DNA of 64,000 nucleotides from Candidatus Hydrogenedentota bacterium (GCA_045863335.1 BTVY01000028.1:34009-98008), one strand, 5' to 3'; shown: positions 8,962 through 19,267, numbered from the stretch's first letter. The notes: a model not told the origin generated them from the letters alone. Made by a program: numbers and translations.

Positions 8962-11292
8962 TCATCTCTCCGGGATCAACCCCTCCGGCCGGGGCGGGCC
9001 ATCGTAGGGTTTGGCGCCGTGTTGTTCGCCGGAACTCTTGGGGACGGCGAGCAAATCCTTGTCCTTCACCGTCGGCGCTTCGATGAATCCGTGGTAGCGC
9101 CCCATCCAGTAGTCTTCGAGCCAGCCGATGGGCGGGGTCACACCGCGGCCGCCGCTGCCGCCGTCGTAGCGGATTGCCGATCGGCTTCCCCACATAGCCG
9201 TGGTTTCGCGGGGCGACATGGCGCGCGTACCTTTACCGTAAGGTACATAACCGGACTCGGGCGCGAGGTCGCGCCGATGCGAATTGTGGTAGCTGTAGTT
9301 CACGCAGTCCAGCGGCCATTCGCGCAGATGCTGCACGGCCTCCTCTTCCTCGCAGTTGTTGCCGGTCAATGCGCCGTAGATGAAGTTGAAATACGGCAGC
9401 TTCTGCATCCGCATGACTTCCCAGTGGCGCGTAAGGCTGCGCAGATAGATGGAGCGTAGATACGGATCGTCCGCGTACATCAACAAGGGATAGTAACAAC
9501 GAAACGCCAACTCATCGTCCCACGGCACAACGTAATCCGGCGGAAAAGTCAGCTTCTGGCGCACGGTGTACGTGTGGTAACCCCAGTCCATGAGTTGTTT
9601 CAGGCCCTGCGTAAACTTCTCGTCGCCGGTCAACGCGTGGGCGGTGATGACGTAGGTCTGCGCCTCCATGCCATTCAGACCGGCCGCCGATATTCCGTAC
9701 GGTTCCAGGAGATATTCGGGATCCCAGCGGCCCCAACGGGTCGGTTGACCATCCATGTCGCGCAAGACCCACCCGTTGTCCATGATGTGGTTCGCAATGT
9801 TGGCGATGTGCTGTTTCGCGCGATCCTTCTCGGGTCCTTTCGCAACGAGATCGTGGAAGACCGATACGGAATAAATGTGCCCGTTCACCTCGTCGCTCGA
9901 CGTATCGCCTTTCCACGTGAACAGACCGTCTTCCGTGGGCCACCATTTTGCCGGAAGGCCGCCGGAACCACGTTCCGAGCGCTTGCCTTTGTCCGCCGTC
10001 TCCGACCAGATCGCGCGCGCGATGAATCCGTCCTTCGGCGTGATGGCGTCCAGCCAGATCATCGCTTCGAAAGCGTCCAGGGCTTCCTCACGGGCTTCCT
10101 TGTCGCCGGTGGCCGCATACTTGAACGACATGGCCGCGAGGTAGTGGGCCGTGTGGCCGCCGTCGTTGTCACTGATCTCGCGGAGCCACTCGTTCTCCTT
10201 GCCGTCCCAGTACAACTTGTGCACGAATCCGAGCCGTTTGAAACCCCACTCGTCCATCATGCGCTCGTAGTAGTCCGCTTTCTTCGCGAGCGTATAGGGC
10301 TCATACCGGATTATGCCGATTCCGCCGTCAGTTGCGATGTAGACCTCGCGATCGCCGACCGCGATATCATGCACGTTGTTGCCGGGCAACCAGAGATCCG
10401 GCCCAAAGTAATGATACTCGTCGCCGACTTTTCGCACGGCGCCCGTGGTGGTACCGATCCATAGATCGCGGTCAAATCCTTGGGCGAGGCAGGTGGTCTC
10501 TTCGGAGGGCAGGCCATCGTCACCAGCGAGCGTGGTCAGCGCCATTCCGCGCAACACCGAGACCCCGCGGTTCGACGTGATGTACATGGCATTTCCGAAC
10601 GCCATCATGTCGCGCAGGTCATCGGTCATGAACATCCCCCAGTCAATGGGTTCAGGCCGGAACACCGCGCCGTCGAGCAAGGCGATGTTGCTGCCGCGCA
10701 GCAGATACAAGGTTCCGCTGTAAGAATCGATGGCATCGATGGGGCCGATCTTCACCGGGTCCGCAAGAACCTGCGAACCGTCCGCCATGATCACGGTGCT
10801 GTCATTGGACAACCATCCCGTCTCGGGCATGATGTTGACGAACCCGCCATCCTCGTAACGAAACACGTCATCCCTCGTCGCGCCGTGGACCGCGCCGAGA
10901 TGCATGCAGAGATCAACAAAGGCCAAATCGGAGACTTGAGTCCACGCCTGCCCATCGAAGCGATACACGCCGGATTCGGCGAGCGCCCACACCGCGCCGC
11001 CAATCGATTCAAGTTGATTCACCGCGGCAGGCGCGCCGGGCGCCGCGTGGAGCGCGCCGCCATCCACCGCAAAAACCGCCCCCCCTGCAACGGCAAAAAG
11101 CGTACCGCCGGCCTGCGCTAACGCAGTTACCGAAGAATGGGTAGCAATCTTTTCGCCCACCTCCTGTAAGTACACCGAATCCGAAATTGCCTGCCGTAAA
11201 AGCTGCGCTTCGCTTCCATACACGAGATGCGATTGTGCGCAGACTACAACGCAAATCCCGAGGAAGAGCGAAATTCGTACGCGTGAAACCAT
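8962..11292 (-). CDS. Secreted hypothetical protein: two-component-regulator-type beta-propeller plus probable (alpha/alpha)6 barrel
   Basis: Start at MVSRVRISL (11292). DGLPSE..TCLA...LWIGTTTG and LPGNNVHDIA propeller repeats; helical C-half with SDNDG, YAATGD, WKGDTSSDE, ALTGDEKF. Confidence 0.6.
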   Translation of the reverse strand: MVSRVRISLFLGICVVVCAQSHLVYGSEAQLLRQAISDSVYLQEVGEKIATHSSVTALAQAGGTLFAVAGGAVFAVDGGALHAAPGAPAAVNQLESIGGAVWALAESGVYRFDGQAWTQVSDLAFVDLCMHLGAVHGATRDDVFRYEDGGFVNIMPETGWLSNDSTVIMADGSQVLADPVKIGPIDAIDSYSGTLYLLRGSNIALLDGAVFRPEPIDWGMFMTDDLRDMMAFGNAMYITSNRGVSVLRGMALTTLAGDDGLPSEETTCLAQGFDRDLWIGTTTGAVRKVGDEYHYFGPDLWLPGNNVHDIAVGDREVYIATDGGIGIIRYEPYTLAKKADYYERMMDEWGFKRLGFVHKLYWDGKENEWLREISDNDGGHTAHYLAAMSFKYAATGDKEAREEALDAFEAMIWLDAITPKDGFIARAIWSETADKGKRSERGSGGLPAKWWPTEDGLFTWKGDTSSDEVNGHIYSVSVFHDLVAKGPEKDRAKQHIANIANHIMDNGWVLRDMDGQPTRWGRWDPEYLLEPYGISAAGLNGMEAQTYVITAHALTGDEKFTQGLKQLMDWGYHTYTVRQKLTFPPDYVVPWDDELAFRCYYPLLMYADDPYLRSIYLRSLTRHWEVMRMQKLPYFNFIYGALTGNNCEEEEAVQHLREWPLDCVNYSYHNSHRRDLAPESGYVPYGKGTRAMSPRETTAMWGSRSAIRYDGGSGGRGVTPPIGWLEDYWMGRYHGFIEAPTVKDKDLLAVPKSSGEQHGAKPYDGPPRPEGLIPER

Positions 11293-11410
11293 TGGTTTAC
11301 CCCCTTTCCATCGTCCGAGTTGAACGAAGATGAATGCACCACCCAAAGCCTACCACACACATTTCGCGCATTCCACGGACGGGTGGTCAGTTCCCCCGTC
11401 GAACAGCGGC

Positions 11411-11439
11411 TTGACAGGCTTCCCGCAATCGCGCAGAAT
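11411..11439 (+). promoter_or_regulatory. Sigma70-type promoter
   Basis: TTGACA-17 nt-CAGAAT, 36 nt upstream of ATG 11476. Confidence 0.65.
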
Positions 11440-11475
11440 TCCGGTTCATTCTTCTGCCGCAGTCAGGGGGCCGTA

Positions 11476-13227
11476 ATGGACAAGATGACCGGTGGTGAAG
11501 TAATCGCGCGCATGCTGCGCCTCGAAGGCGTGGAAAAGGTGTTCGGAATCATCGACGGCACCTATTTCGGGTTGTATTCGTCCCTGCGGAAGTACGGGAT
11601 CGACCTCGTCACCCCGCGCCACGAAACCTGCGCCGCGCACATGGCCGGCGCCTACGCGCGCCTGACGGGCAAGCTCGGCGTCTGCATCGCCAGCAACGGC
11701 CCCGGAGTCGCGAACATCCTTCCGGGCGTGGCCGTCGAGAACGGCGAGGGCAATCGCGTGCTGCTCGTTACCAGCACGCGGCGTGTGGGCATCGGCTATC
11801 CCGATCGCGGGGGCACCTACCAGTACTTCAACCAGGTTGGCGCGATTAAGCCCATGTCCAAATGGAGCGGCGCAGCGCCCTCGTTCGACCGTTTGCCGGA
11901 ACTCATGCGCCGGGCGTTCCGCAAATCCTTCAGCGGGCGCCCCGGCGTCGTACACGTGGACGTTCCCGAAGACATCATGAACGGAAAGAACGGCGCGGAA
12001 GGCTTGCTGGAGCCGGATGCCTATCGGCGGACGGTGCCAATCGCGTCTGACCCCGATCAAGTCCGCGCAGCCGCCGACCTGTTGACCGCGGCCGAGTTGC
12101 CGCTGATTCACGCGGGCAGCGGCGTGATTCACGCGGACGCCTTCGACGAATTGCGGCTCGTGGCGGAGATGCTGCACAGCCCGGTCACGACGAGTTGGGC
12201 AGCACGCGGCGCCTTCCCCGAAAACAACGATCGCGCGATTCCCATGCTCTACGTATCGCTCAACAATCAAGTGCGCAATGATGCGGACGTGGTGCTCGGT
12301 TTGGGGTCGCGATTCGGCGAGACAGACTGGTGGGGCAAGGCACCGAACTGGCGGCCGCCCGCCCAGCAGAAGCTCATTCAGGTCGACGTGGATGACGAGA
12401 TCCTCGGACTGAACAAACCCACCACGCTTGCAATTCTCGGCGACGTGAAGCTCTTTCTGAAGGCTCTCGTTCCACTGTTGGCCGAACGAAAGCACAAGAT
12501 GAAGTTCGACCATCGCCGCGGCCTCGTTCAGCGGTACCTGACGGAACGGCGAAACCAGCGCCAGAAACTCGATCGCTCGTTAAGCGAAGAGGGGCCGCTA
12601 ATGAACACGGCCCACGTGGCGCGCACCTGCGAGAAGTTCTTCGAGGATGACGCGCTTTGCGTCATCGACGGGGGCAACACCGCCATCTGGGCCCACTTCT
12701 TCCGCGAGGTCAAACATCCGAACACCATTCTGCAAACTGCAAAGTTCGGCATGCTGGGCGCGGGCATCGCGCAAGCCTTGGGCGCGAAGGTCGCCTCCCC
12801 CAACCGGCAGGTCTACTGCATCATCGGCGACGGAGCCATGGGGTTTCATCCCCAAGAAATCGAAACAGCTGTGCGCAACGACCTGCGCGTCGTCTATCTT
12901 GTGTGCTGTGATAAACAGTGGGGCATGGTCAAGATGAACCAGCAGTTCGCGCTGCGGCCCATCAAAACCATGTTCGCCAAGTCGCTCGGGCCGGACGAGA
13001 CCATCAACGCGGACCTCGGCGAGATTCAATGGGACAAGCTCGCGGAGAGCATGGGCGCTCATGGGGAACGCGTGTCGCAACCGGAAGAGCTTCGGGCCGC
13101 GTTGCAACGGGCGCAGGATTCGGGCCGATGCGCCGTGATCCATGTCGATGTCGATCCGGTCAAGCACATGTGGGCGCCAAACCTGCTCGACTTTAAAAAA
13201 ATGCACCAGGAACCCAAGGGGAAGTAA
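11476..13227 (+). CDS. Thiamine diphosphate-dependent enzyme (acetolactate synthase / 2-hydroxyacyl-CoA lyase superfamily)
   Basis: MTGGEVIARML, PRHE..AAHMA.AYARLTG, GPGVAN, GRPGVVHVDVP, and ThDP motif GDGAMGF...D.QWGMV. Confidence 0.9.
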   Translation: MDKMTGGEVIARMLRLEGVEKVFGIIDGTYFGLYSSLRKYGIDLVTPRHETCAAHMAGAYARLTGKLGVCIASNGPGVANILPGVAVENGEGNRVLLVTSTRRVGIGYPDRGGTYQYFNQVGAIKPMSKWSGAAPSFDRLPELMRRAFRKSFSGRPGVVHVDVPEDIMNGKNGAEGLLEPDAYRRTVPIASDPDQVRAAADLLTAAELPLIHAGSGVIHADAFDELRLVAEMLHSPVTTSWAARGAFPENNDRAIPMLYVSLNNQVRNDADVVLGLGSRFGETDWWGKAPNWRPPAQQKLIQVDVDDEILGLNKPTTLAILGDVKLFLKALVPLLAERKHKMKFDHRRGLVQRYLTERRNQRQKLDRSLSEEGPLMNTAHVARTCEKFFEDDALCVIDGGNTAIWAHFFREVKHPNTILQTAKFGMLGAGIAQALGAKVASPNRQVYCIIGDGAMGFHPQEIETAVRNDLRVVYLVCCDKQWGMVKMNQQFALRPIKTMFAKSLGPDETINADLGEIQWDKLAESMGAHGERVSQPEELRAALQRAQDSGRCAVIHVDVDPVKHMWAPNLLDFKKMHQEPKGK

Positions 13228-13246
13228 GCACGTCCGATGTTTGACC

Positions 13247-14164
13247 ATGCCTATTGACGACGTTCGCCTGAACTTCGATCCCGGAAACGTGTGGCTGGTC
13301 AATCTGGTCCTCGCCATCATCATGTTCGGCGTAGCGCTGGACTTGAAGGTCGACGACTTTCGCCGTGTGTTGCATGCACCGAAAGCGCCGCTGATGGGCC
13401 TGATCGCCCAGTTCCTTCTTTTTCCCGCGCTCACGTTTCTGCTGACACTGGCATTGCGCCCCGCGCCGAGCATCGCCTTGGGGATGATACTCATCGCCGC
13501 GTGCCCCGGCGGCAACATGTCGAACTTCGTAACCCATATGGCGCGCGGTAATACGGCTCTGTCCGTCAGCATGACAGCGATTTCTTCGATCGTCGCGATC
13601 GTCATGACGCCCGTTAATCTCACCTTATGGGGCAGCCTGAATCCTGCCACGGCGGTCCTGCTCCATCGCATCCGGTTAAACCCCGTTGACGTATTGATCA
13701 CCGTGCTGTTCATACTCGGCTTACCGCTGGTCGCGGGGGTCACCGTGGCGCGCCAGTTCCCGCGATGGGCCGAAATCCTGCACCGGCCCTTCAAGTATCT
13801 CTCCGTCGCATTTCTTCTGGGAATCATCGCCGTGGCCTTCGCCGGGAACTATGGCGTATTTCTTTCCAACGCGGGAGTCGTGCTCGCCGCCGTCGTTCCC
13901 CACAATGCCGTCGCATTGCTGTGCGGATTCGTCATGGGTCGCGCGATGCGTCTCCCCAACCGTGACGTCCGCGCGTTGACCGTGGAAGTCGGCATCCAGA
14001 ACTCGGCGCTTGGACTCACCCTCATCTTTGCATTCTTCCCTCATCTTGGCGGCATGGCACTGGTGGCCGGCGGTTGGGGAATCTGGCATATCGCCGCAGG
14101 CCTGACCCTGGCAACCGTGTGGTCCCGGTTCGCGCCTCCCGCAGACGCACCGGAGGTCGCATGA
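13247..14164 (+). CDS. Bile acid:sodium symporter (BASS) family transporter
   Basis: IMFGVAL, AQFLLFP, ACPGGNMSN, EVGIQNS motifs; multiple TM helices; start set at ATG 13247. Confidence 0.9.
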   Translation: MPIDDVRLNFDPGNVWLVNLVLAIIMFGVALDLKVDDFRRVLHAPKAPLMGLIAQFLLFPALTFLLTLALRPAPSIALGMILIAACPGGNMSNFVTHMARGNTALSVSMTAISSIVAIVMTPVNLTLWGSLNPATAVLLHRIRLNPVDVLITVLFILGLPLVAGVTVARQFPRWAEILHRPFKYLSVAFLLGIIAVAFAGNYGVFLSNAGVVLAAVVPHNAVALLCGFVMGRAMRLPNRDVRALTVEVGIQNSALGLTLIFAFFPHLGGMALVAGGWGIWHIAAGLTLATVWSRFAPPADAPEVA

Positions 14165-15138
14165 GCGATGGGCCGCGCAAACCGTCTGTCCTCGTAACCG
14201 GCGCAACGGGCTACCTCGGCGAAATTGTGATGCGGACCCTGGCGCGGCAGGCGGATCGCTTCGACGCGATTGTCGGCGTGGATATCCGCCGGCCAACCTA
14301 CGCCGATCTAAAGGAAGACGTCACGTACCGCATCTGCGATGTGCGATCGACGGAGCTTCGAACCGTCCTGCGCGACTTCGGCATCACCTCCGTCGTCCAT
14401 CTCGCCTCAATCGTGAATCCGAGTGCTGGCATGACGCGCGAGGAGCAATACACAATCGACGTGGGCGGCATGGAAAACGTGCTTGCGGGTTGTCTGGAAT
14501 CCGGCGTAACGCATCTGATCGTGGCCAGCAGCGGCGCGGCTTACGGATATCACGCGGATAACCCGGTTCCATTGCGAGAAGACGATGCCTTGCGCGGCAA
14601 TCCGGAATTCGCATACTCGGATCACAAGCGAATCGTGGAAGAGCTGCTGGCGCGGTATCGCCGCGAGCACGCTGAATTGCGACAACTCGTGCTACGGCCC
14701 GGGACGATCCTGGGGGAAGGCACGTCCAACCAGATCACGCGATTGTTTGAGGGGCGCTTCCTGCTCGGTCTGCGCGGGACCATAACGCCCTTCGTCTTTA
14801 TTTGGGACCTGGATGTAGCCGATTGCATCGTACGTGGTGTGCTTGAAGCGAAGACCGGGATTTACAACCTTGCCGGGGACGGTACGTTGACGCTGCGCGA
14901 AATCGCCGCCATCACCGGACAACGCCAGATTGTGTTACCCGTTTCCGCGGTGAGAGCAGGGTTGCGCGTGTTACGGGCGATGCGACTCACCGCGTACGGG
15001 CCTGAGCAGGCGTCCTTCCTTCAGTATCGGCCCGTACTGAGTAATGAGAAGCTGAAGGCGGACTTTCCATTTACCCCCACGAAGACCAGTGAAGAAGTAT
15101 TCCGGTACTGGTTCGACCACCGCCAGTCAGTAGAATGA
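14161..15138 (+). CDS. Extended SDR / NAD-dependent epimerase-dehydratase
   Basis: VTGATGYLG, HLAS, SSGAAYG, YSDHK (YxxxK); ATGA overlap with the BASS stop codon. Confidence 0.85.
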   Translation: MSDGPRKPSVLVTGATGYLGEIVMRTLARQADRFDAIVGVDIRRPTYADLKEDVTYRICDVRSTELRTVLRDFGITSVVHLASIVNPSAGMTREEQYTIDVGGMENVLAGCLESGVTHLIVASSGAAYGYHADNPVPLREDDALRGNPEFAYSDHKRIVEELLARYRREHAELRQLVLRPGTILGEGTSNQITRLFEGRFLLGLRGTITPFVFIWDLDVADCIVRGVLEAKTGIYNLAGDGTLTLREIAAITGQRQIVLPVSAVRAGLRVLRAMRLTAYGPEQASFLQYRPVLSNEKLKADFPFTPTKTSEEVFRYWFDHRQSVE

Positions 15139-15153
15139 TCGGACTGCGAGACC

Positions 15154-16152
15154 CTATTCGTGCAGACCGCGTTGCCGTAGCAACGGAAGCAGGACGTCCA
15201 GGTGATCGGTCTGGATGTAATCGGCTCCCGCTTCGATGGCGCGCACCATGCTTTCCGCGTCATCCTCGTCGCCCATGGTGTTCACGAAAGCCTTGCGTCC
15301 GCCGAGATGGATCGCGCGCACCAATTCCTCGGAGAAGTACTTCCAGTCGATGTTGACGATAGGCGGATTCAATTCTGTGATCACTTCCTTGAGACCGGGC
15401 AGTCCTTTCGGGGCGGTCGGCCGGATGATGAATCCCGCATCCAGCGCCAATACGGCCTTCAGCTTCTCCCAGTCGCCGCAGTACAAGGTCACTTTGCCCA
15501 GCAACCCGGCGTCGCGCACCGCGTCAACCAGTTTCTCCGGATCGCCCGCCTTAAAATCAATGTCCGGCAAGGCGCGCCCTTCGATGGCCGCCAGAGCCTC
15601 CTGAAACGTTGGGACTTTCTCTCCCTTGTACTCATCGCCAAACCAGGACCCCGCGTCCAGCGCCTTGATTTGTTCGAGCGTGAGCCCTGCTACGTCGCCT
15701 CGCGCGTCTGTCGTTCGCGCGACGGACTGATCGTGCACGATTACGAGATGGCCGTCGCTCGTCTGACGCACGTCCATTTCCAAAAGGTCTGCGCCAAGCT
15801 CGATGGCGCTTTCGAACGCCGCGATGGTGTTTTCCGGAGCGAACTTCACGGTGCCTCGATGCCCCACCGTCACGATCCCGGGGAACGAATAGACGACTTC
15901 GCCGCCTTTTCTAAGTTCCACCACACGAGCCGCGCGGGCGTCGATGACCGCCTCGACTGCCAAACCGCGATCGACACCCGCGACCGCATAGAAGGGAATA
16001 CCGTTTTGAATCGTCAGGCGGGTCTGCGCGTTCTCGAGTTTCACGTCATGGAACGCCACCAACTGGACGGCCTCGTTGGCCGTGATTGGGTCAAGTCCCC
16101 ACGAGACGGCGACAAGGAAAGCCAAGGCAAAGGAAAAACGAAGGGTGTTCAT
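15154..16152 (-). CDS. Secreted glycerophosphodiester phosphodiesterase with PepSY-like N-terminal segment
   Basis: GHRG, PENT, EMDV, HD..V.RTT, IQTD motifs; signal peptide from MNTLRFSF (16152). Confidence 0.85.
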   Translation of the reverse strand: MNTLRFSFALAFLVAVSWGLDPITANEAVQLVAFHDVKLENAQTRLTIQNGIPFYAVAGVDRGLAVEAVIDARAARVVELRKGGEVVYSFPGIVTVGHRGTVKFAPENTIAAFESAIELGADLLEMDVRQTSDGHLVIVHDQSVARTTDARGDVAGLTLEQIKALDAGSWFGDEYKGEKVPTFQEALAAIEGRALPDIDFKAGDPEKLVDAVRDAGLLGKVTLYCGDWEKLKAVLALDAGFIIRPTAPKGLPGLKEVITELNPPIVNIDWKYFSEELVRAIHLGGRKAFVNTMGDEDDAESMVRAIEAGADYIQTDHLDVLLPLLRQRGLHE

Positions 16153-16245
16153 TGCGCGATTGCTCCTGACGGACAAGTAGTCAAAGAGTAGTGAACGAGG
16201 CGCCCCCATGCAAACCCGCAAGCGGCAGAGAAAAAAGGGCAATGG

Positions 16246-16335
16246 TGTAGGGGCCCCCGTCCGGGGCGGAGTTTCGGTCGGATTGAGAGGACGGTCAGGG
16301 GTCCCTACAACAACGGCCTCATCGCTCCGGGCTAC
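16246..16335. repeat. GTAG-type REP-like elements
   Basis: TGTAGGGGCCCCCGTCC (16246) and GGACGGTCAGGGGTCCCTACA (16289-16309) form an imperfect inverted pair; GCTCCGGGCTAC near 16324 is a further GTAG end. Confidence 0.55.
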
Positions 16336-16485
16336 GGAGACCCTGCACCCGGCACGTTAGCAGGTTATTAGCATCTGTTGCTGGACTCGGTTAGACGTAA
16401 TGAACCCGGCAGTCGTTTTTCGGTATACTCATTAATTGTATGCCGGGAGGCCGGCAATCATGGCGAACATGAATGGAGATATGAA

Positions 16486-17835
16486 ATGTTGCGGTTCTTT
16501 CTAAGTTTCTGCCTTGCAGTTGGTTTTGTTGGTGCTGGATTCGCTCAGGATGCTTCTGGCGATGGGCCCGTGGCAAAGAACGTAATCGTCATGGTCGCGG
16601 ACGGGTGGGGATTCAACCACGTGCTGGCCACCGACTACTACGTGCACGGTGAAGCGGGTTCACAGGTCTATGAGAAGGACTTCACGGGCTACGGATTGGA
16701 CACGCACTCGCTGAAGGTACGGCCATACGACCCGGAAAAGGCCTGGGCCGATTTCGGCTGGGTGGCGGAACAGGCCACGGATTCGGCAGCGGCAGCGACC
16801 GCCATGTCCACCGGCGTCAAGACGCTCAATGGCGCCATCGGTGTCGATGAGAACAGTGAACCCTTGGAACACGCGGTTGATCGCGCGGAGAAGCTGGGCA
16901 AATCCACCGGCGTCATCACGTCCGTCCTGCTCAGCCACGCGACACCGGCCGGGTTTTCCGCCCACGATCGCAGCCGCGGAAACTATGAAGTCATTTCCAA
17001 GGAGATGATCGAGGAAAGCGGCCTGGAAGTGATCATGGGCTGCGGCCATCCGGACTACGACAAGAACGGCGAGGCGTTGCCGGCGGACGCCGAAAAGTCT
17101 TACAAGTATGTAGGCGGCGAGGACACGTGGAAACGCATCGTTGACGGCGAAGCCGGTGGTGACTGCGATGGCGACGGCGAAACCGATCCGTGGACACTCA
17201 TCCAATCGCGCAACGCCTTCCAGGCGCTTACCGAAGGCGACACGCCAAAACGTGCGATTGGCGTCGTGCCCGTGCAAACATCTCTCCAGGTGGAGCGGCA
17301 TATGGACAAGCTCACTGCCGACGACGCGCCCGGCAAAGTACCCTATCTGGAAACATCCCCCACGCTCGCCGAGATGGCGTTGGGCGCGATCAATGTGCTG
17401 GACAACGATCCCGACGGGTTCTACCTGATGATCGAAGGTGGCGCGGTGGACTGGGCCAGTCATGAGAACTATGCGCCGCGGATGATTGAGGAGATGATTT
17501 CTTACAACGAGGCAATTGAGGCTGTCGTATCTTGGGTTGAGAAGAACAGTAGCTGGGATGAAACGCTCGTTATCGTTACCGGCGATCACGAATGCGGGTA
17601 CCTCTGCGGCCCGGGTTCCGATCCGGAGTGGAAGCCCCTCGTGAACAACGGCAAGGGCAACATGCCCGGTGTGGAGTGGCACAAGGGCAGTCACACGAAC
17701 AGCCTGCTTCCGCTTTATGTCAAAGGAGCTGGTGCGGAGTTGTTTGAGTCACACGTCGTTGGTACCGATCCCATACGCGGCAAATACGTGGACAACACGG
17801 CCGTCGCAAAAGTGCCGTTCGCGGTAATGCGCTAA
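16486..17835 (+). CDS. phoA: Alkaline phosphatase (PhoA type)
   Basis: ADGWG, TDSAAAATA (catalytic Ser), HATPA, IEGGAVDWASH, TGDHE, HT; signal peptide; start at ATG 16486. Confidence 0.9.
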   Translation: MLRFFLSFCLAVGFVGAGFAQDASGDGPVAKNVIVMVADGWGFNHVLATDYYVHGEAGSQVYEKDFTGYGLDTHSLKVRPYDPEKAWADFGWVAEQATDSAAAATAMSTGVKTLNGAIGVDENSEPLEHAVDRAEKLGKSTGVITSVLLSHATPAGFSAHDRSRGNYEVISKEMIEESGLEVIMGCGHPDYDKNGEALPADAEKSYKYVGGEDTWKRIVDGEAGGDCDGDGETDPWTLIQSRNAFQALTEGDTPKRAIGVVPVQTSLQVERHMDKLTADDAPGKVPYLETSPTLAEMALGAINVLDNDPDGFYLMIEGGAVDWASHENYAPRMIEEMISYNEAIEAVVSWVEKNSSWDETLVIVTGDHECGYLCGPGSDPEWKPLVNNGKGNMPGVEWHKGSHTNSLLPLYVKGAGAELFESHVVGTDPIRGKYVDNTAVAKVPFAVMR

Positions 17836-17839
17836 ACAC

Positions 17840-17884
17840 AACATCCCCCGCCACACCCTTCGCGTGGCGGGGGATGTTCTTTCC
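17840..17884. terminator. Intrinsic terminator between convergent genes
   Basis: 15-bp stem AACATCCCCCGCCAC / GTGGCGGGGGATGTT followed by CTTTCC. Confidence 0.75.
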
Positions 17885-19267
17885 TTACGCGATCTGCCAG
17901 GGCGCGCGCATGGGGCGTTCGAGATAGCCGTTGGCAGCCTCGTCGTTCACGAAGCGCTCGATCTCCGGATCCCACTGTAGGCGGCGACCAGTCCAACGGG
18001 CGATGTTGCCGAGATGGCACATGGTCGCAGATCGATGGCCAATCTCCACGTCCGCAATAGGCAAATTCCGCGAACGAATGCAATCGAACCAGTTCTGCAA
18101 GTGATTCTCGCTGCGGTAGAGGTGCGTATACCCGTCCGAATCCGTGAATTCACCAGGGTACTCCGAGCGCACCGACTCCTTGAGCTTCACTTCATCGACT
18201 CTCGGTTTCGCGTCGTACTTGTCGCGGTCCACCAGAATCTTGCCGTCGTCGCCTTCAAAGACTCCGCCGCCGTCCGGGCCTTTGCCATCCAGATGAACCA
18301 CGGCGCCGCTTGCGTATCGAATGGACACCGGGCAGGTGAGCGTGCGCGCCTCCGGCCAGTCGCCAAAGGCATCGATCTCTTTCCCGAAGACGGAAACCGG
18401 GCCCGATTCGCCCTCTAGGTCAGCCCACACTTCGACCGGACCCGTCAAATCGGTGCCCATCGCCCACTGAATGATGTCGAGACCGTGCGCGCCCCATCCC
18501 GTCATCTCCCCGCCAGAATAGGGTGTATAGGAAATCCATCCATACGGCCGGCCATCGGGATACTTGTGTCCGTCGCCGCGCGGCTCGTACAAGTCCGGAT
18601 GATATCCGCGCGGTTCGGTCTGACCGCACCACATGTCCCAGTCGATATACTCGGGCGGCTCCTCTTCGGGAAGGTCGCAGGCCCAGGGGCTCGGGTAATT
18701 GGCGCCATGAACCGTGTGGACGGCCCCAATTTGGCCGTTGCGGATCAGTTCGCACCCGAACCGGCACTTCGCCATGGAGCGCTGCTGCGACCCGCACTGG
18801 ACAATACGCTCGTGCTTGCGCGCCGCATCGACCATCGCGCGGCCCTCGCGGACGGTCAGGGTCATCGGCTTCTCGACGTAGACATCCTTACCGGCTTCGC
18901 AAGCGTGAATGCTGTGAAGCGCATGCCAGTGATCGGGCGTCGCGATCACAACCGCGTCGATGTCCGGCTCCTGAAGCATTTCGCGATAGTCCTGAAAAAT
19001 GCGGGCATCCTTGTTCTTCCCCTTCATCTCCTCCACGCGCTTCATGTTCACGTCAGCGTATGCGACGATCTGCCCCTCCTTCGGCAATCCCATCAATTGA
19101 TTCGCGCGGCGTCCCACGCCGATATACGCGACGTTGATGCGGTCGTTCGGCCCCGGCGCGCCGGACGCGAGGCCGCTCAGAATCAACGGCGCTGCAACGG
19201 CGCTCGATCCGATACGCGCGCTCGTGGAAAGAAACTGGCGGCGGGATATGGATTTGATGTCTTTCAT
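17885..19267 (-). CDS. Tat-exported Gfo/Idh/MocA oxidoreductase
   Basis: SRRQFL Tat motif; IGVG, DAVVIATPDHWH, YVEKP, GSQQRS, WGAHGLD. Confidence 0.9.
   Translation of the reverse strand: MKDIKSISRRQFLSTSARIGSSAVAAPLILSGLASGAPGPNDRINVAYIGVGRRANQLMGLPKEGQIVAYADVNMKRVEEMKGKNKDARIFQDYREMLQEPDIDAVVIATPDHWHALHSIHACEAGKDVYVEKPMTLTVREGRAMVDAARKHERIVQCGSQQRSMAKCRFGCELIRNGQIGAVHTVHGANYPSPWACDLPEEEPPEYIDWDMWCGQTEPRGYHPDLYEPRGDGHKYPDGRPYGWISYTPYSGGEMTGWGAHGLDIIQWAMGTDLTGPVEVWADLEGESGPVSVFGKEIDAFGDWPEARTLTCPVSIRYASGAVVHLDGKGPDGGGVFEGDDGKILVDRDKYDAKPRVDEVKLKESVRSEYPGEFTDSDGYTHLYRSENHLQNWFDCIRSRNLPIADVEIGHRSATMCHLGNIARWTGRRLQWDPEIERFVNDEAANGYLERPMRAPWQIA

Noticed and set aside
11476-13227. Naming the ThDP enzyme ilvB
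   Set aside because: No regulatory subunit nearby, atypical motifs (GIIDGT, CDKQWGMV) and a transporter/SDR context.
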